From: a virus
Taxonomy: Duplodnaviria; Caudoviricetes
Reading direction: 5' to 3' (one strand)
Virus record (IMG/VR): IMGVR_UViG_3300025889_000115
Span: 30 to 64,029 of that record
Length of the DNA: 64,000 bases
A program made the translations under genes and the position numbers. Below the pieces are notes generated by a model. That model worked only from the letters and a program-made list of their open reading frames with translations. It ran no database searches and was not told the DNA's origin. Numbering within the stretch: position 1 is the first letter of the stretch; the number at the start of each line of letters is the position of its first letter. Below, in pieces: positions 45,503 through 56,638 of this stretch.

Positions 45503-46065
45503 TGGAACCGACCACCATCATGGCTGCTGCGTCCGTTGCCCAGGGGGTTATGGGCTTCAAGGGCAACCGCGCTGCTGCACGACAAGCTGCCGCTGTTGGT
45601 GAATACCAAGCCCAGGTAGCAGAAAACGAGCTTATCCTCACGCAACGCGCCCGCCGCAACCAAGAAGTGTCTCTGCGTAGGAACTCAGAAAGACTAAAGG
45701 GGTCACAGAGAGTAGCTACCGCAGCTTCCGGGATACAGATGTCCGGTAGCCCCCTTGAGGCCATGAAAGACACTTACTTCAATACCGAAGTTGACGCTTT
45801 GCGCATCCAATACGCGGGCAGCGTAGAAGAAGCAAATGCCGCTTCAAATGCAGCTATGGCTAGGATGACAGGGAAGGCGCAGGCCTCTGCTTACAACATG
45901 GCGGCTTTGACAAGCGTTGTTGGAGCAACTTCTGCTATGGCTAATTTCCGACAGCAACAAACGCTGCTTGGGCAGCGAACCGCCGCATATGATGCGCAAG
46001 TTGGCTTCCAGAACAGGATGCTGGCGCTTGAAAAATCAAGATACCAAAAGGAGCTTAGTTCCTAG
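45502..46065 (+). CDS. Internal virion protein (gp14-like)
   Basis: GVMGFKGNRAAARQA shared with 10722. Confidence 0.75.
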   Translation: MEPTTIMAAASVAQGVMGFKGNRAAARQAAAVGEYQAQVAENELILTQRARRNQEVSLRRNSERLKGSQRVATAASGIQMSGSPLEAMKDTYFNTEVDALRIQYAGSVEEANAASNAAMARMTGKAQASAYNMAALTSVVGATSAMANFRQQQTLLGQRTAAYDAQVGFQNRMLALEKSRYQKELSS

Positions 46066-46067
46066 CT

Positions 46068-48770
46068 ATGCCAAGAATCCCGCTTTACGCAAAGGGCGCT
46101 GGCCCAACAGTTGAATTGGCCACGGGTCAGCTTGGGGCAAGGCCAAGCGCTGGCGCGTTCACTGCGCCTGGAGAGGCTATGGCGCGGATGGGTCAGGCTG
46201 TTGGCCGTGCCGGTGCCACGTTTGCAGAAGGCCAAATGCGCATTGAAGAGGGGCAACTAAAAGCCGAAAAGGAACGCCAGTCAAACGAAATTGAGTTTCA
46301 GCGGCGTCAGAAAAAAGTTGAATTTGACTTTGCTGTCGCGGAGCGAGATGCCGAAGACAGGCGTATTCTTGCAGAGGAGGCAGACCGCGCTGTTGTGGCC
46401 ACTAGCGGGTTCCTTGAGCAAAACACAGACACTGACACTCAAACTTTTAATCAGAATTTTGAGACGCACCGCAGCAAGCTAATCTCTGAGGTTGAAGGCC
46501 GGGATTACACCCCACGCCGCAAAGCTTTGGTCGAGAACGCTATTAGGCAAAGCACTCGCGCGCAACGCAGTAGTGGCGCAAATCAAGCCTTTGGGCGCGG
46601 CCAGGTTGCGCGTACCACCGCCGCTGAAACGACCATCTACACAGCTATGAACCAAATATCTTTGTATGCGGATGGACATCCCGAAAGAGTTGCGTTGCTC
46701 AACAGCATTGAAACCACTTTTGTTGACGCCGAGAAAAATGGCCTAAGGATGAAGTTTACAAGGGCGGGGGTCCAGCAACAGGTACTTTACCAAGACTACA
46801 ACCGTGAAATTGCCGGTGCCGGAAGTCACGAGGAAGTAGCCGACATCCTATTGAGGTTGCGATTTGATGGTAGCGTTAGCCAAGCAAACCGAGAGAAGTT
46901 GATTGTTGACCTGAACCAAACTGAAACAAAGCTTTTTAATGACGCGCGAGACTCTGCTGCTGGGGTTTTGAACAGCGCAAATATGTCTTCGAGGGAGCAA
47001 TCAGAAATCGAGGAGGCCATTGAAGGCGCGGGTACGTATACCTTTACCATGGGGGATGGCTCATCTAGCTCTGTTGACTTCTCTCAAATGCGCTCAACAG
47101 ATGTCGGCCCTATGCTGAGTATATTGAGCAGACGCTTTAAGGATGTAGAAGACCTAACGTCAAGAAACATTCTGTCTTCAGCCGAAGACGCCTACAACCC
47201 CAAAATGTCAGGGGCTGACAACGCCGCAAAGTTTTCTGAATATTACTCTGCGTCAGCAATCGAGACGCACGGAAAGACGCCGGAGCAGTTAGATGAAATT
47301 GCTTTGAACCTTGCGAATCAACACCAAGACTTTGTTACCAATATAATCAAGTCAGAGGGCGTGACTCGACAGAACTACCCAGAGATTGTAGCAAGGATTG
47401 ATGCGGCTGAAGCATTGCTGACATCCGAGCTTGGCGGCCGTGCGCCTTTAAAGTTTGCAACAGGAGGGGACCAAGGCACTGTCATAGGAATACTGTCTGG
47501 CTTGGCGTCGTCGCGTGAAGACTTGCGCAAGGCTGCTGCGGAAACCGCTACATCCGAAACTCATTTGGATTTCATGAGGAGAGGCGAGTTTGAGTTCGTG
47601 GCTGGCCAAGCAACCGACAAGGAAACAAAGAAAGCTGTCAACACACGCATGGCCGAGCTTTCGGACAATGTTCCTTCGCAAATCAATGATTTGTCTAAGA
47701 ACGGGACAACATATGAGACGTTTGTGTCAGTGCTGAACACACAAGCTGAACGGATTACAAACCCTAACTTTGACCCTGAAGACGCAGAGAAGGAGGGCGT
47801 TTCTGCTGCAATTGAATTGTACCGAGAAATGAAGCTGGCTGGTCGCGGCGTTGCCAACAGGCATGTGTCGGCCGAAAGCAAGAAAATATTTGAAGGCTAT
47901 TTCCGTCTTGAGCCTCATTTTGGTGCAGTTGCCACCATTCGGACACTACAGCAACAGCGAGACGACATCGACGTAAACGCAAGTTACAAACAGGTTCAAA
48001 GTGGGGTCGAGTCCATCTCGGACACAGCATCACAAAGCTATTCTTGGTATCAGCACATTCCTGGCCTTGGCCCTGATGAAGACTTTGTAATCCAAAATAC
48101 GTCAGAAATTCAAAGTTACGTTAGCAAAGCAGCAAAAGATTACATTAAACTTGGTGTCCCGGCAGAAGCCGCCGTTGAGCTTGCTGCAAAAGATTACGGC
48201 GAGTCTCATGTGCGCATCCGGAACATAATGGTTCCCAAGACAATGGGGATGCCCAGAAATGTTGAAGAAATGGCGACTGCCGCCGTCAAGGATTCAATCT
48301 TGAAGTATCCTTATGTCGCTGAAGAGTTTGACAGCGAAGAGCTTTCCATCCGCCCCTTAGCAGGCACAATGGACCGCTGGACACTGGTGCATAGTGGTGG
48401 TTCGCCTGTGATTGCAACAGACATTGATGACCCGAAAAGAGCATTTCCAATTGAGTTTACCCTTGATGACCTAAATAAATACATGATTACGCAAAGGTCT
48501 GACGCCGGACTCATTGAGATTGCGAAGAATACAGAAATGAACTTCCGCAAGAAGGTAGAGTTGGAGTTCCACACCCGCAGCGGGCGCTTTGAGGGTATGA
48601 CTGAGTATAACGCACGGCTTAAAAGACTTCGTATTTTGCACCCGGAGCGAAGCTTCCGTTTGGAGGCTGAGGATATTAGCAAAGCCACAACATCCGTTTT
48701 GGAGCAGATGCTGGGCGTTTCTGGTTCTGAAGACTTTAGCGGCGAAGCCCCTATAGAGAAGGCTGAGTGA
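46068..48770 (+). CDS. Internal virion/ejection protein (gp15-like)
   Basis: 900 aa; only the N-terminal part resembles 11207. Confidence 0.7.
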   Translation: MPRIPLYAKGAGPTVELATGQLGARPSAGAFTAPGEAMARMGQAVGRAGATFAEGQMRIEEGQLKAEKERQSNEIEFQRRQKKVEFDFAVAERDAEDRRILAEEADRAVVATSGFLEQNTDTDTQTFNQNFETHRSKLISEVEGRDYTPRRKALVENAIRQSTRAQRSSGANQAFGRGQVARTTAAETTIYTAMNQISLYADGHPERVALLNSIETTFVDAEKNGLRMKFTRAGVQQQVLYQDYNREIAGAGSHEEVADILLRLRFDGSVSQANREKLIVDLNQTETKLFNDARDSAAGVLNSANMSSREQSEIEEAIEGAGTYTFTMGDGSSSSVDFSQMRSTDVGPMLSILSRRFKDVEDLTSRNILSSAEDAYNPKMSGADNAAKFSEYYSASAIETHGKTPEQLDEIALNLANQHQDFVTNIIKSEGVTRQNYPEIVARIDAAEALLTSELGGRAPLKFATGGDQGTVIGILSGLASSREDLRKAAAETATSETHLDFMRRGEFEFVAGQATDKETKKAVNTRMAELSDNVPSQINDLSKNGTTYETFVSVLNTQAERITNPNFDPEDAEKEGVSAAIELYREMKLAGRGVANRHVSAESKKIFEGYFRLEPHFGAVATIRTLQQQRDDIDVNASYKQVQSGVESISDTASQSYSWYQHIPGLGPDEDFVIQNTSEIQSYVSKAAKDYIKLGVPAEAAVELAAKDYGESHVRIRNIMVPKTMGMPRNVEEMATAAVKDSILKYPYVAEEFDSEELSIRPLAGTMDRWTLVHSGGSPVIATDIDDPKRAFPIEFTLDDLNKYMITQRSDAGLIEIAKNTEMNFRKKVELEFHTRSGRFEGMTEYNARLKRLRILHPERSFRLEAEDISKATTSVLEQMLGVSGSEDFSGEAPIEKAE

Positions 48771-51700
48771 TGAACGAAGAAGAAGACCTGCTCAGTCCCG
48801 CTAGGCCTGAAATTACGCCAACACGAGAGGCTGTTGAACGCGCCGCTGAAGCGGAGTTAGAGGCGCAAAAGCCCACCTTTGGCGAAGCTGTCCGGGCGTC
48901 TGTTCAAGAAGACTGGATGATGTCTTGGGCATTGCGCGGGCGCGAGGAGTTTGCCCCTGACCCAGACTTTCAGTTGTCTATAGAGGAGCGCCGGAAAGCA
49001 ACATCTGGCCTTCCAGAAGAGTACCACGGGTTTGTCGAGGACGCATACAGTATGCCTCAACTTGAGTCTTTGCGTGAGGAGGCGTTCAAGACATACGAAA
49101 ACGACCAGAAGCTTGCCCAGCTTGGCTGGGGCGGAGTTGGTATCCGCTTTGGCGTGGCCTTGGCTGACCCGGCAGCAATTGGACTTAGCGTAGCTACAGA
49201 AGGTGTGGCGGCTCCATTGATTTGGGGCAACAAGCTGACAAGGCTGCAAAGAGCTTTTCGCGGAGGTACGGCCGCAGCAGCAACAAATGCGATTGTCGAA
49301 AGTTACATTGTTAGTCAGAACGCTGTCAAAGACCCCTATGACATCTTGTATTCCGCTAGTGCTGGATTTTTGATTGGCGGCGGCCTGTCTTCCCTGGGCA
49401 GGACTGACACGTTAGACCCTATTAATGGCGCAATGGCCAACATGGCAAAGGCAGCAGACGACGCGCAGCGCGTTGAGGCCGTCGATGCCGTCAATAGTCG
49501 CATTCAGGGAGAGGGTTTGGGAGAGCAGTTCGACCGGTCTGTGGGCGCGGCTGAAAACCCGTTTGAGCCAGCACAGCAAATCTCTGACCTCCGTACAGAT
49601 TTGGACAATTTCTTGGATGAAGCTGGAGACTCTGCAGACCCCGCTTATGGCAGGGGCCGATTTGACATGGCCAGTTATCTGCTGGCCTCAAAGAACCAAA
49701 CCGCTAATTTTTTAGGGCGGGTTCTAGGCGAGGACGCCGTCGGTTTCCGTAAAGATGCTGGGCGACCACTTGAGGCCACTGCTGACATCATCAAGACGAA
49801 TGAATTTAAATCAGCCCTTAGCCGCTACTATTCTGTGTATGACGAGGCATACAACGAATGGGCAAAGGAGCAAGGCTTTGGCTACTTCAAACGCAAGATG
49901 AATATCCCGCGCCGCCAGTTTGGTGAGCTTGTGGCGGATGCGATTGAGAATCCTGAGCTTCCGTTTTCCCCTGCCGTGAGAAAGGCTGCGCAACGGCAAG
50001 CTGAGATTAAGCGTGACCTTCTCAACGGGGCCAAGGATGCGGAGGTTCGTGGCTTTGAGACCGTTCCTGAGAACCTGCGTTATTTCACGCACCTCTGGGA
50101 CTCATTCAAGTTTGTTGAGGCCCGGCATCGTTACGGGGACACAGCGATTACGCGGATTCTGACCAACGCCCTAATAAACGGCACAGAAGACTTGGACGAA
50201 GAAGCGGCCCAGATGATTGCCAAGAGCATGGCCGGAAAGCTAAACCGTGACGGCGCTGGCATGGACTCCGGCGCAGCCAGATTGTTCACAACAGATGACC
50301 GCGATGTCATGAAGCAAATCCTTGTGGAAGAGGGTTTCATGACGGACGACGAGGCTACACGCCTGTTGTCGCTGTTTGAGCAGCGTCCTGACGGCACTCC
50401 AGCACGGGCCAAGCGTAGGCTTGGGTTTAACATGGAGGAGGAGCTGTCGGTGTTTAACTCACAGACCCGTCAGCAAGAGACTCTCCGCCTCAAGGACTTG
50501 CAAGAGCGAGACGCTGAACAGGTCTTTACCTCCTATGCAGCAGGGATGTCTGGCCGTATAGCTCTGGCAAAGGTGGGCTTCAAGGACGAGACTACAATCA
50601 ATCAATTCCTAGACAGAAACCTAGCAGAAGCAGAGGCCCGCGAGGGCAACAAAGGCCTGAAACGCGCACAGAAAGAGAACCTTGTGGCTCAGACCATAAT
50701 TAACATGATTCTGAACCGCCGCGCTCCGTTGGCAGCAGACCCGTCTGGCAACTACGCAAGGATTGCGCGCCTGGTCCAAGACTATAACTTTATCCGCCTG
50801 ATGAACCAGGTTGGTTTTGCTCAGGTCGCCGAGCTTGGCAACGCCATCAGCATTGGCGGCTGGCGGGCTGTGCTGCAACAGGTCCCAGAGATGCGCCGCA
50901 TGTTGCGCAGGGCAAAAAATGGAGAGATTGAAGACGAGGTTTTGAGGGACATTGAGGCCGCAACTGGCATTGGCTCTGACCGTTTGACAAATCAGGCCAT
51001 GAACCGCGCAGACACTATCGGTGTGTTCAGCGAGGGGCGTGGCGACTGGATTGACAAGGGGCTGTTTATGCTGGCCCCTTTGAAAAGAGCCACAGCAGAC
51101 TTGTCTGGCATGGCCCCGATTACGTTAGCTCTTGAACGAATGGCTGCACGGGTTGCTGTCCAGACCATGACGGACCTTGCTTTTAAGGCCAGAAACCTGT
51201 CGCGCAAACGCTTGGCCGGACTTGGGCTAGACGAGGCCATGACTGAGCGCGTTTATTCGCAAATCAGGAAAAACGCTGTCAGACAGCCATCTTCTATGGT
51301 TAAGCGCAAAAAGGTTCGTGCAATCAATCTTGGGGCTTGGGATGACGCTGAGGCAAGAGATGCTTTCCTCATAGCTATATCCCGTTGGACCCGCCGCAGC
51401 ATCCAGCAGAATGACGTAGGCAACCTGAACCTTTATATGACCTCAACCATGGGGCAGATTCTGACGCAGTTCCGCACGTTTATGCTGGTTTCTTATGCGA
51501 AGCAAACGCTGCATAACATCAAGGCAAAAGACTTTAGGGCTTTGTCAGCGATGCTTCATTCAGTGGCATTTGCGGGCCTTGCCTACACAGCGCAAACCCA
51601 GGTCAACGCTCAGTTTAGAGAGGACAAAGAAGAGTTCTTGAAAGAAAGGCTGTCAGTTGACGCTATTGCCAAGGCATCGTTTCAGCGTAGCTCGTGGGCA

Positions 51701-52003
51701 TCACTGTTCCCGGCACTAGTGGACACAGGAGCCATGTTCTATCAGGACGACCCTGTCTTCGCATACCGTTCCACAGGGCTAGACACCAACCTGATTGGCG
51801 GTGTGCCTAGTGTTCAGCTTATTTCAAAGGGTCTCGGTTCAGCACAGGCTGCGTCTAGGGCGCTCCTGAATCCTGACTTGCAGTTTTCGCAGGGGCAACA
51901 ACGGGCGTTGAATACGCTTGTACCTTTTCAGAACGCAATCGGCATCAAGAACGCCCTTAACAAGTTGGTGGACATGAGACCGGAAACGACCAAGGTAGAC
52001 TAG
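48767..52003 (+). CDS. Large internal virion protein (gp16-like)
   Basis: 1078 aa; QFRTF...Y.KQ.L and PFQN motifs. Confidence 0.75.
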   Translation: MMNEEEDLLSPARPEITPTREAVERAAEAELEAQKPTFGEAVRASVQEDWMMSWALRGREEFAPDPDFQLSIEERRKATSGLPEEYHGFVEDAYSMPQLESLREEAFKTYENDQKLAQLGWGGVGIRFGVALADPAAIGLSVATEGVAAPLIWGNKLTRLQRAFRGGTAAAATNAIVESYIVSQNAVKDPYDILYSASAGFLIGGGLSSLGRTDTLDPINGAMANMAKAADDAQRVEAVDAVNSRIQGEGLGEQFDRSVGAAENPFEPAQQISDLRTDLDNFLDEAGDSADPAYGRGRFDMASYLLASKNQTANFLGRVLGEDAVGFRKDAGRPLEATADIIKTNEFKSALSRYYSVYDEAYNEWAKEQGFGYFKRKMNIPRRQFGELVADAIENPELPFSPAVRKAAQRQAEIKRDLLNGAKDAEVRGFETVPENLRYFTHLWDSFKFVEARHRYGDTAITRILTNALINGTEDLDEEAAQMIAKSMAGKLNRDGAGMDSGAARLFTTDDRDVMKQILVEEGFMTDDEATRLLSLFEQRPDGTPARAKRRLGFNMEEELSVFNSQTRQQETLRLKDLQERDAEQVFTSYAAGMSGRIALAKVGFKDETTINQFLDRNLAEAEAREGNKGLKRAQKENLVAQTIINMILNRRAPLAADPSGNYARIARLVQDYNFIRLMNQVGFAQVAELGNAISIGGWRAVLQQVPEMRRMLRRAKNGEIEDEVLRDIEAATGIGSDRLTNQAMNRADTIGVFSEGRGDWIDKGLFMLAPLKRATADLSGMAPITLALERMAARVAVQTMTDLAFKARNLSRKRLAGLGLDEAMTERVYSQIRKNAVRQPSSMVKRKKVRAINLGAWDDAEARDAFLIAISRWTRRSIQQNDVGNLNLYMTSTMGQILTQFRTFMLVSYAKQTLHNIKAKDFRALSAMLHSVAFAGLAYTAQTQVNAQFREDKEEFLKERLSVDAIAKASFQRSSWASLFPALVDTGAMFYQDDPVFAYRSTGLDTNLIGGVPSVQLISKGLGSAQAASRALLNPDLQFSQGQQRALNTLVPFQNAIGIKNALNKLVDMRPETTKVD

Positions 52004-52052
52004 GGTTCCAGCAGAGCCGCAACTGCGGTATAAAGGACCGAAGGAGTGACGC

Positions 52053-55025
52053 ATGACAGTCAGCAGCACGAATACAAAAAACAGCTATAGCGGGGACGGC
52101 TCCACAGTCGTTTTTGCCTATACTTTCAAAGTCTTCGACGACGATGACATCCAAGTCATTCTTCGTAACGACACGACTGGCGCTGAAACTGTGCAGACCA
52201 AGACGACACATTACACTGTGTCGGGCGTGGGAAACACTGGCGGTGGCAACATTACCTTTGTAGCCGCCCCGGCAACAGGAGAGACTGTTGTCCTGATTCG
52301 CGCCATCCCGCTGACACAGACTACTGACTACACTCCTAATGACCCCTTCCCTGCTGAAACGCATGAAGAGGCGCTGGACCGCCTGACATTCATCGTGCAG
52401 GACATTGAGGAAGAGGTTGGCCGGTCCATTAAGGTGTCGCGTACCAACACCATCACCTCGTCTGAGTTCACTGTGGGTGCCACCACACGGGCAAACAAAA
52501 TCTTCGCCTTCGACAGCGACGGTGACTTGGCTGTTACGCAGGAGATTGGCACATACCAAGGTACAGACGCCACGACCACGACATCTGCCTACGCCGAGCG
52601 TGACATCATCAAGTCCACCACGGCTGGACAGCTTAACAACGTATATATTTGCGTAGCTGATTCGGTAGCCGGTGACCTGCTGACTGACACCGACCATTTC
52701 GAGCTACTCGTTGACGCTGTGTCTGCCGCTACAAGTGCGACTGCTGCGGCTTCCAGTGCTACAGCGGCTGCTGCAAGCGAAACGGCTGCGTCTGCGTCTG
52801 AAAGTGCTGCGGCCACATCCGAGTCAAACGCGGCGACGAGCGAGTCTAACGCCTCTACCAGCGAAACAAATGCGGCCACAAGTGCAACCAACGCCGCTAC
52901 AAGTGCTACTAACGCCGCTACCAGTGAGACAAATGCTGGCACATCAGCCACGGCTGCTGCTTCTTCGGCTACCGCAGCGGCTGCAAGTGCCACGGCTGCT
53001 GCTGCAAGTGAGTCGGCTGCTGCCACGTCCGAGACAAATGCTGCCACTAGCGAGACCAATGCAGCAACGTCTGCCACCACGGCCACTACGAAGGCGTCAG
53101 AGGCCGCTACAAGCGCCACTAATGCTGCAACCAGCGAGAGCAACGCCAGCACAAGCGAGACTAATGCGGCGACATCGGCCACGGCTTCAGCGTCATCAGC
53201 CACAGCTGCGGCGGCAAGTCAGACAGCGGCGGCGGCTAGTGCGGCATCTGCTGCGTCTGCGTTTGACAATTTTGATGACACATATCTGGGGAGTTTCTCT
53301 AGCAACCCGACAGTCGATAACGACGGTGATGCCTTGGTTGAGGGTGCGCTTTACTTCAACACCACCGCCAACGAGATGCGTGTCTACGATGGCGCAAACT
53401 GGATTGCCGCTACATCTGCTGGCAATGTCTCGCTCATTCTGTACGAATACACAGCGACATCAGGGCAAACCACGTTCTCTGGCTCTGACGACAACAGTGC
53501 AACTCTGTCCTATACGGCAGACAATCTGCAAGTCGTGATGAACGGTATCGTCCTCGACCCGTCTGACTTTACCGCCACCAACGGCACCAGCGTTGTGCTG
53601 GCTTCTGGCGCGGCTGCCAATGACCTTGTGAACATCTATGCGTTCAAGAGCTTCACTGTGGCTGACACTGTGTCTGCGTCTGCTGGTGGTACGTTCAGTG
53701 GGAACGTGACTGTTAATGCAAGGCTTGATGTGGACAACATCCGCATCGACGGCAACACCATCAGCAGCACCGACACTAACGGCGACATTACCCTCGACCC
53801 GAATGGCACAGGTGACACGATTATTGCGTCGGGTAATTTTGGCGTAGGCACAACATCTCCAGGCGGTTTGGCAGAGTTTTACAAAGCCGGAACCTCTGAG
53901 GTTCTGATTGGCTCCGACAATGGCGGCACAGCACAACTTTCGCTGTACGAAAATGATGACGGCACAAAAGAAGGCTTTTTGAAGTATGACGGCACCAACA
54001 ATCGCATCCATCTGGCCACGTCTGGCGATGCTAATGCGCTAGTCATGCCTCGTGACACCGGCTACGTCGGTCTTGGGACAACAGATTTCACTACCCAGAA
54101 TGGAAGTGTTTCCAGACTTTTAAAACTAGGCGGTGCTAACAACACTGTTATTGCTGCGGAGCAAACAGGTTCAGGTAAAAATTTTATATTAGAAGCAAGA
54201 AACGAAGGACGTAGTGGCGGCGACAGATATGCTCAAATGTCATTTGCCGAAGATGGTTCTGATAATGGCGCTATAATATTTTACACAGCCGCTTCTGGTT
54301 CTGATGTTTCAGAACGTATGCGCATCGACAGCAGCGGCCAGATATTTTTCGGAACCACCGATGCGTCTATGTATAACAATTCGGGGGCTGGAAATGGCGG
54401 AGTTACCATCAACGCAGCTAATGGATTTTCAAAAGGTCTGATAGCTTGTGCGAGAGACAACGCGCAGCCTCTAGAAGTCAACAGATTGGCCAGTGACGGC
54501 ACATTGGTTTCTTTTTCACAAGATGGAACCCAAGAAGGCACAATCTCTGTATCTGGCAGCACCGTTTCTTATAATGGTGGACACCTTTCCCGCTGGTCAC
54601 AAGCCACTGACGGCAACCGCATCGACGGCCTTGTCAAAGGCACAGTGATGACCAACCTCGACCAGATGGCTGAGTGGACAAAGGACGGTGTGACAGAAGA
54701 CAACGAGCAGCTTAACTGTATGGCTGTGTCATCCGTTGAGGGCGATGCAAACGTGGCTGGCGTATTCGTCAACTGGGATGATGACGACGAGGACTTCACC
54801 GCCGACATGAACATCGCAATGACCGGCGATATGGTCATCCGCATTGCTCAAGGCACGACAGTGGCACGAGGCGACTTGCTGATGTCAACAGGTGACGGCA
54901 CTGCCAAGCCGCAAGGCGATGACATTGTTCGCAGCAAGACGATTGCGAAGGTGACCAGCACCACAGTTTCACACACATACGACGATGGCAGCTACCTTGT
55001 GCCGTGCGTCCTGATGGCTTGCTAA
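52053..55025 (+). CDS. Tail fibre (T7-like anchor, Ala/Ser/Thr coiled stalk)
   Basis: N-terminus homologous to 17664; AATSETN repeats; ERMRIDSSG. Confidence 0.88.
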   Translation: MTVSSTNTKNSYSGDGSTVVFAYTFKVFDDDDIQVILRNDTTGAETVQTKTTHYTVSGVGNTGGGNITFVAAPATGETVVLIRAIPLTQTTDYTPNDPFPAETHEEALDRLTFIVQDIEEEVGRSIKVSRTNTITSSEFTVGATTRANKIFAFDSDGDLAVTQEIGTYQGTDATTTTSAYAERDIIKSTTAGQLNNVYICVADSVAGDLLTDTDHFELLVDAVSAATSATAAASSATAAAASETAASASESAAATSESNAATSESNASTSETNAATSATNAATSATNAATSETNAGTSATAAASSATAAAASATAAAASESAAATSETNAATSETNAATSATTATTKASEAATSATNAATSESNASTSETNAATSATASASSATAAAASQTAAAASAASAASAFDNFDDTYLGSFSSNPTVDNDGDALVEGALYFNTTANEMRVYDGANWIAATSAGNVSLILYEYTATSGQTTFSGSDDNSATLSYTADNLQVVMNGIVLDPSDFTATNGTSVVLASGAAANDLVNIYAFKSFTVADTVSASAGGTFSGNVTVNARLDVDNIRIDGNTISSTDTNGDITLDPNGTGDTIIASGNFGVGTTSPGGLAEFYKAGTSEVLIGSDNGGTAQLSLYENDDGTKEGFLKYDGTNNRIHLATSGDANALVMPRDTGYVGLGTTDFTTQNGSVSRLLKLGGANNTVIAAEQTGSGKNFILEARNEGRSGGDRYAQMSFAEDGSDNGAIIFYTAASGSDVSERMRIDSSGQIFFGTTDASMYNNSGAGNGGVTINAANGFSKGLIACARDNAQPLEVNRLASDGTLVSFSQDGTQEGTISVSGSTVSYNGGHLSRWSQATDGNRIDGLVKGTVMTNLDQMAEWTKDGVTEDNEQLNCMAVSSVEGDANVAGVFVNWDDDDEDFTADMNIAMTGDMVIRIAQGTTVARGDLLMSTGDGTAKPQGDDIVRSKTIAKVTSTTVSHTYDDGSYLVPCVLMAC
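52716..53262 (+). repeat. Degenerate 21-bp (7-aa AATSETN/AATSATN) repeats
   Basis: Visible in the translation of the tail fibre. Confidence 0.85.
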
Positions 55026-55037
55026 GGAGAACGCATC

Positions 55038-56105
55038 ATGAGCAGAGCAAGAGATTTCGCAGACCTCGCCGGAAGCGCCGAGGCTGGTGGCCTGACTGGC
55101 AGGAACCTCATCATCAACGGTTCAATGGCGTGTTTCCAGAGGGCAACAGCAGCAACCACAATGACCAATGCCTATGGTGCGGTAGACCGCTTCAAAGGCT
55201 TTTCAAATGGCGGCGGTGCATTTACCGGCGAAAAGTACGACTTGACCACAGGTGAGATTGCTACGACAGGTCAGTATCAGGCATTGAAAATGTTGGTATC
55301 TACAGCGGACACCTCTATTGCTGCGGCAGACTACTACGCCCTGCAATACAAATTTGAAGGTGATGACCTACAGCAGCTTAAATACGGCTCGTCATCGGCT
55401 CAATCTTTTACGGTTTCTTTTTGGGTCAAGTCGGACACAACAGGCACATACTTCCTGACAGTTGACAAGGTTGCTAATGGTCAGACTGCTTATCGCATCC
55501 CTATTGAATACACTATTTCAAGCGCAGACACTTGGGAGCAAAAAGTAATAACTGTGTCGCCTACCGCTGGTAGCACTTCTCTTATTACTTCATCCGCAGG
55601 CGCTATTGGTGGCGGCACTGGCCACGGCCTCAGTCTTTACTGGGGCTTTGCTTGGGGTACAGATTATCACGGCACAAACAACACTTGGGGTACAGGTACA
55701 TATGGCACAAACGCAACAGCGAATGGCTGGATGGGAACGGTAGGCAATGACTTCTACATCACCGGCGTGCAGTTTGAGGTCGGCGAACAGGCCACGCCGT
55801 TTGAGCATCGGTCGTTTGCGTCAGAAGAAATTGCCTGTACCCGCTATTTCTATGAGGCTCCGCCACTGTATCGCGGTCACTCTATGAATGTAGACTTTAT
55901 CACTGTTTTAAGACTGGCGATTAACTACCCTGTACGCATGAGAACATCCCCAACAGTAACCAATAGCGGCATCACTAGCGGTTTTTCAATCGCAACTGTT
56001 CAAACTAATGACAAGTCTCATAACTTTGAAGTGAGCAAGGCGAGTACGACTGATTTCCGTCCTTCACTGACTAGTCCTAATTTTAAGTTTGATGCGGAGT
56101 TATAG
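55038..56105 (+). CDS. Fibre/receptor-binding protein (carbohydrate-binding-like)
   Basis: RNLIING.M...QR, DRF, ITGVQ.EVG..ATPFEHRS, CxRY, MR.SP. Confidence 0.8.
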   Translation: MSRARDFADLAGSAEAGGLTGRNLIINGSMACFQRATAATTMTNAYGAVDRFKGFSNGGGAFTGEKYDLTTGEIATTGQYQALKMLVSTADTSIAAADYYALQYKFEGDDLQQLKYGSSSAQSFTVSFWVKSDTTGTYFLTVDKVANGQTAYRIPIEYTISSADTWEQKVITVSPTAGSTSLITSSAGAIGGGTGHGLSLYWGFAWGTDYHGTNNTWGTGTYGTNATANGWMGTVGNDFYITGVQFEVGEQATPFEHRSFASEEIACTRYFYEAPPLYRGHSMNVDFITVLRLAINYPVRMRTSPTVTNSGITSGFSIATVQTNDKSHNFEVSKASTTDFRPSLTSPNFKFDAEL

Positions 56106-56107
56106 AT

Positions 56108-56287
56108 ATGGACACAATGAGCATTACTAACGCACAGTATGAGGCGTATGAAGGCTCTAACGTGGCAATCAAGGCAACGATTGATGGCGACGAGTTGATT
56201 GCCCCCCTCGCCCCCGGAAACCGTCACTACGACGAAATCATGCGTCAGCAGTCGGAAGGCTTGCTGACGATTGCGGACGCTGACTGA
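56108..56287 (+). CDS. Small fibre-associated protein
   Basis: Own translation ...IKATIDG...PLAPGNRHYDEI...IADAD; 59 aa. Confidence 0.7.
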   Translation: MDTMSITNAQYEAYEGSNVAIKATIDGDELIAPLAPGNRHYDEIMRQQSEGLLTIADAD

Positions 56288-56451
56288 TGCCAGAGGAGCA
56301 GAAAATCGCTCTCGACGTTGCGGCTGGCACAGGCACCGCTGCCGCTTGGATGGGGATGGCCCCGGACATCGTGGCGGTGGTAACCGGCATATATGTGCTG
56401 GTGCGGCTCTGGGAAACCCAGACCGTGCGGAAGCTGACCGGGCGCGACTGA
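56287..56451 (+). CDS. Holin-like membrane protein
   Basis: MPEEQKIALDVAAG...IVAVVTGIYVLVRLWETQTVRK; 54 aa. Confidence 0.6.
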   Translation: MPEEQKIALDVAAGTGTAAAWMGMAPDIVAVVTGIYVLVRLWETQTVRKLTGRD

Positions 56452-56452
56452 T

Positions 56453-56638
56453 GTGGAACTGGTGCATGTGTTTCTGCTTCACGTTTTCTTAGACGGCAAG
56501 CCTAAAAGCAAGGACATGCACTTCTGGAACGTGGACGAGTGCGTATATTTTGCGCAACGTCTTCATAAGCAAGGAGGGAAGATTACAAGCTACTGCCTAC
56601 CCGTCCAGGTCAGGCGTGACACTACAAGGATTTACTGA
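56453..56638 (+). CDS. Small exported EC...C protein
   Basis: Hydrophobic N-terminus; F.NVDEC...YC.P. Confidence 0.6.
   Translation: MELVHVFLLHVFLDGKPKSKDMHFWNVDECVYFAQRLHKQGGKITSYCLPVQVRRDTTRIY

Noticed and set aside
52589-53538. Long alternative-frame and antisense ORFs inside the B tail fibre
   Set aside because: By-product of low-complexity Ala/Ser/Thr repeats lacking stop codons
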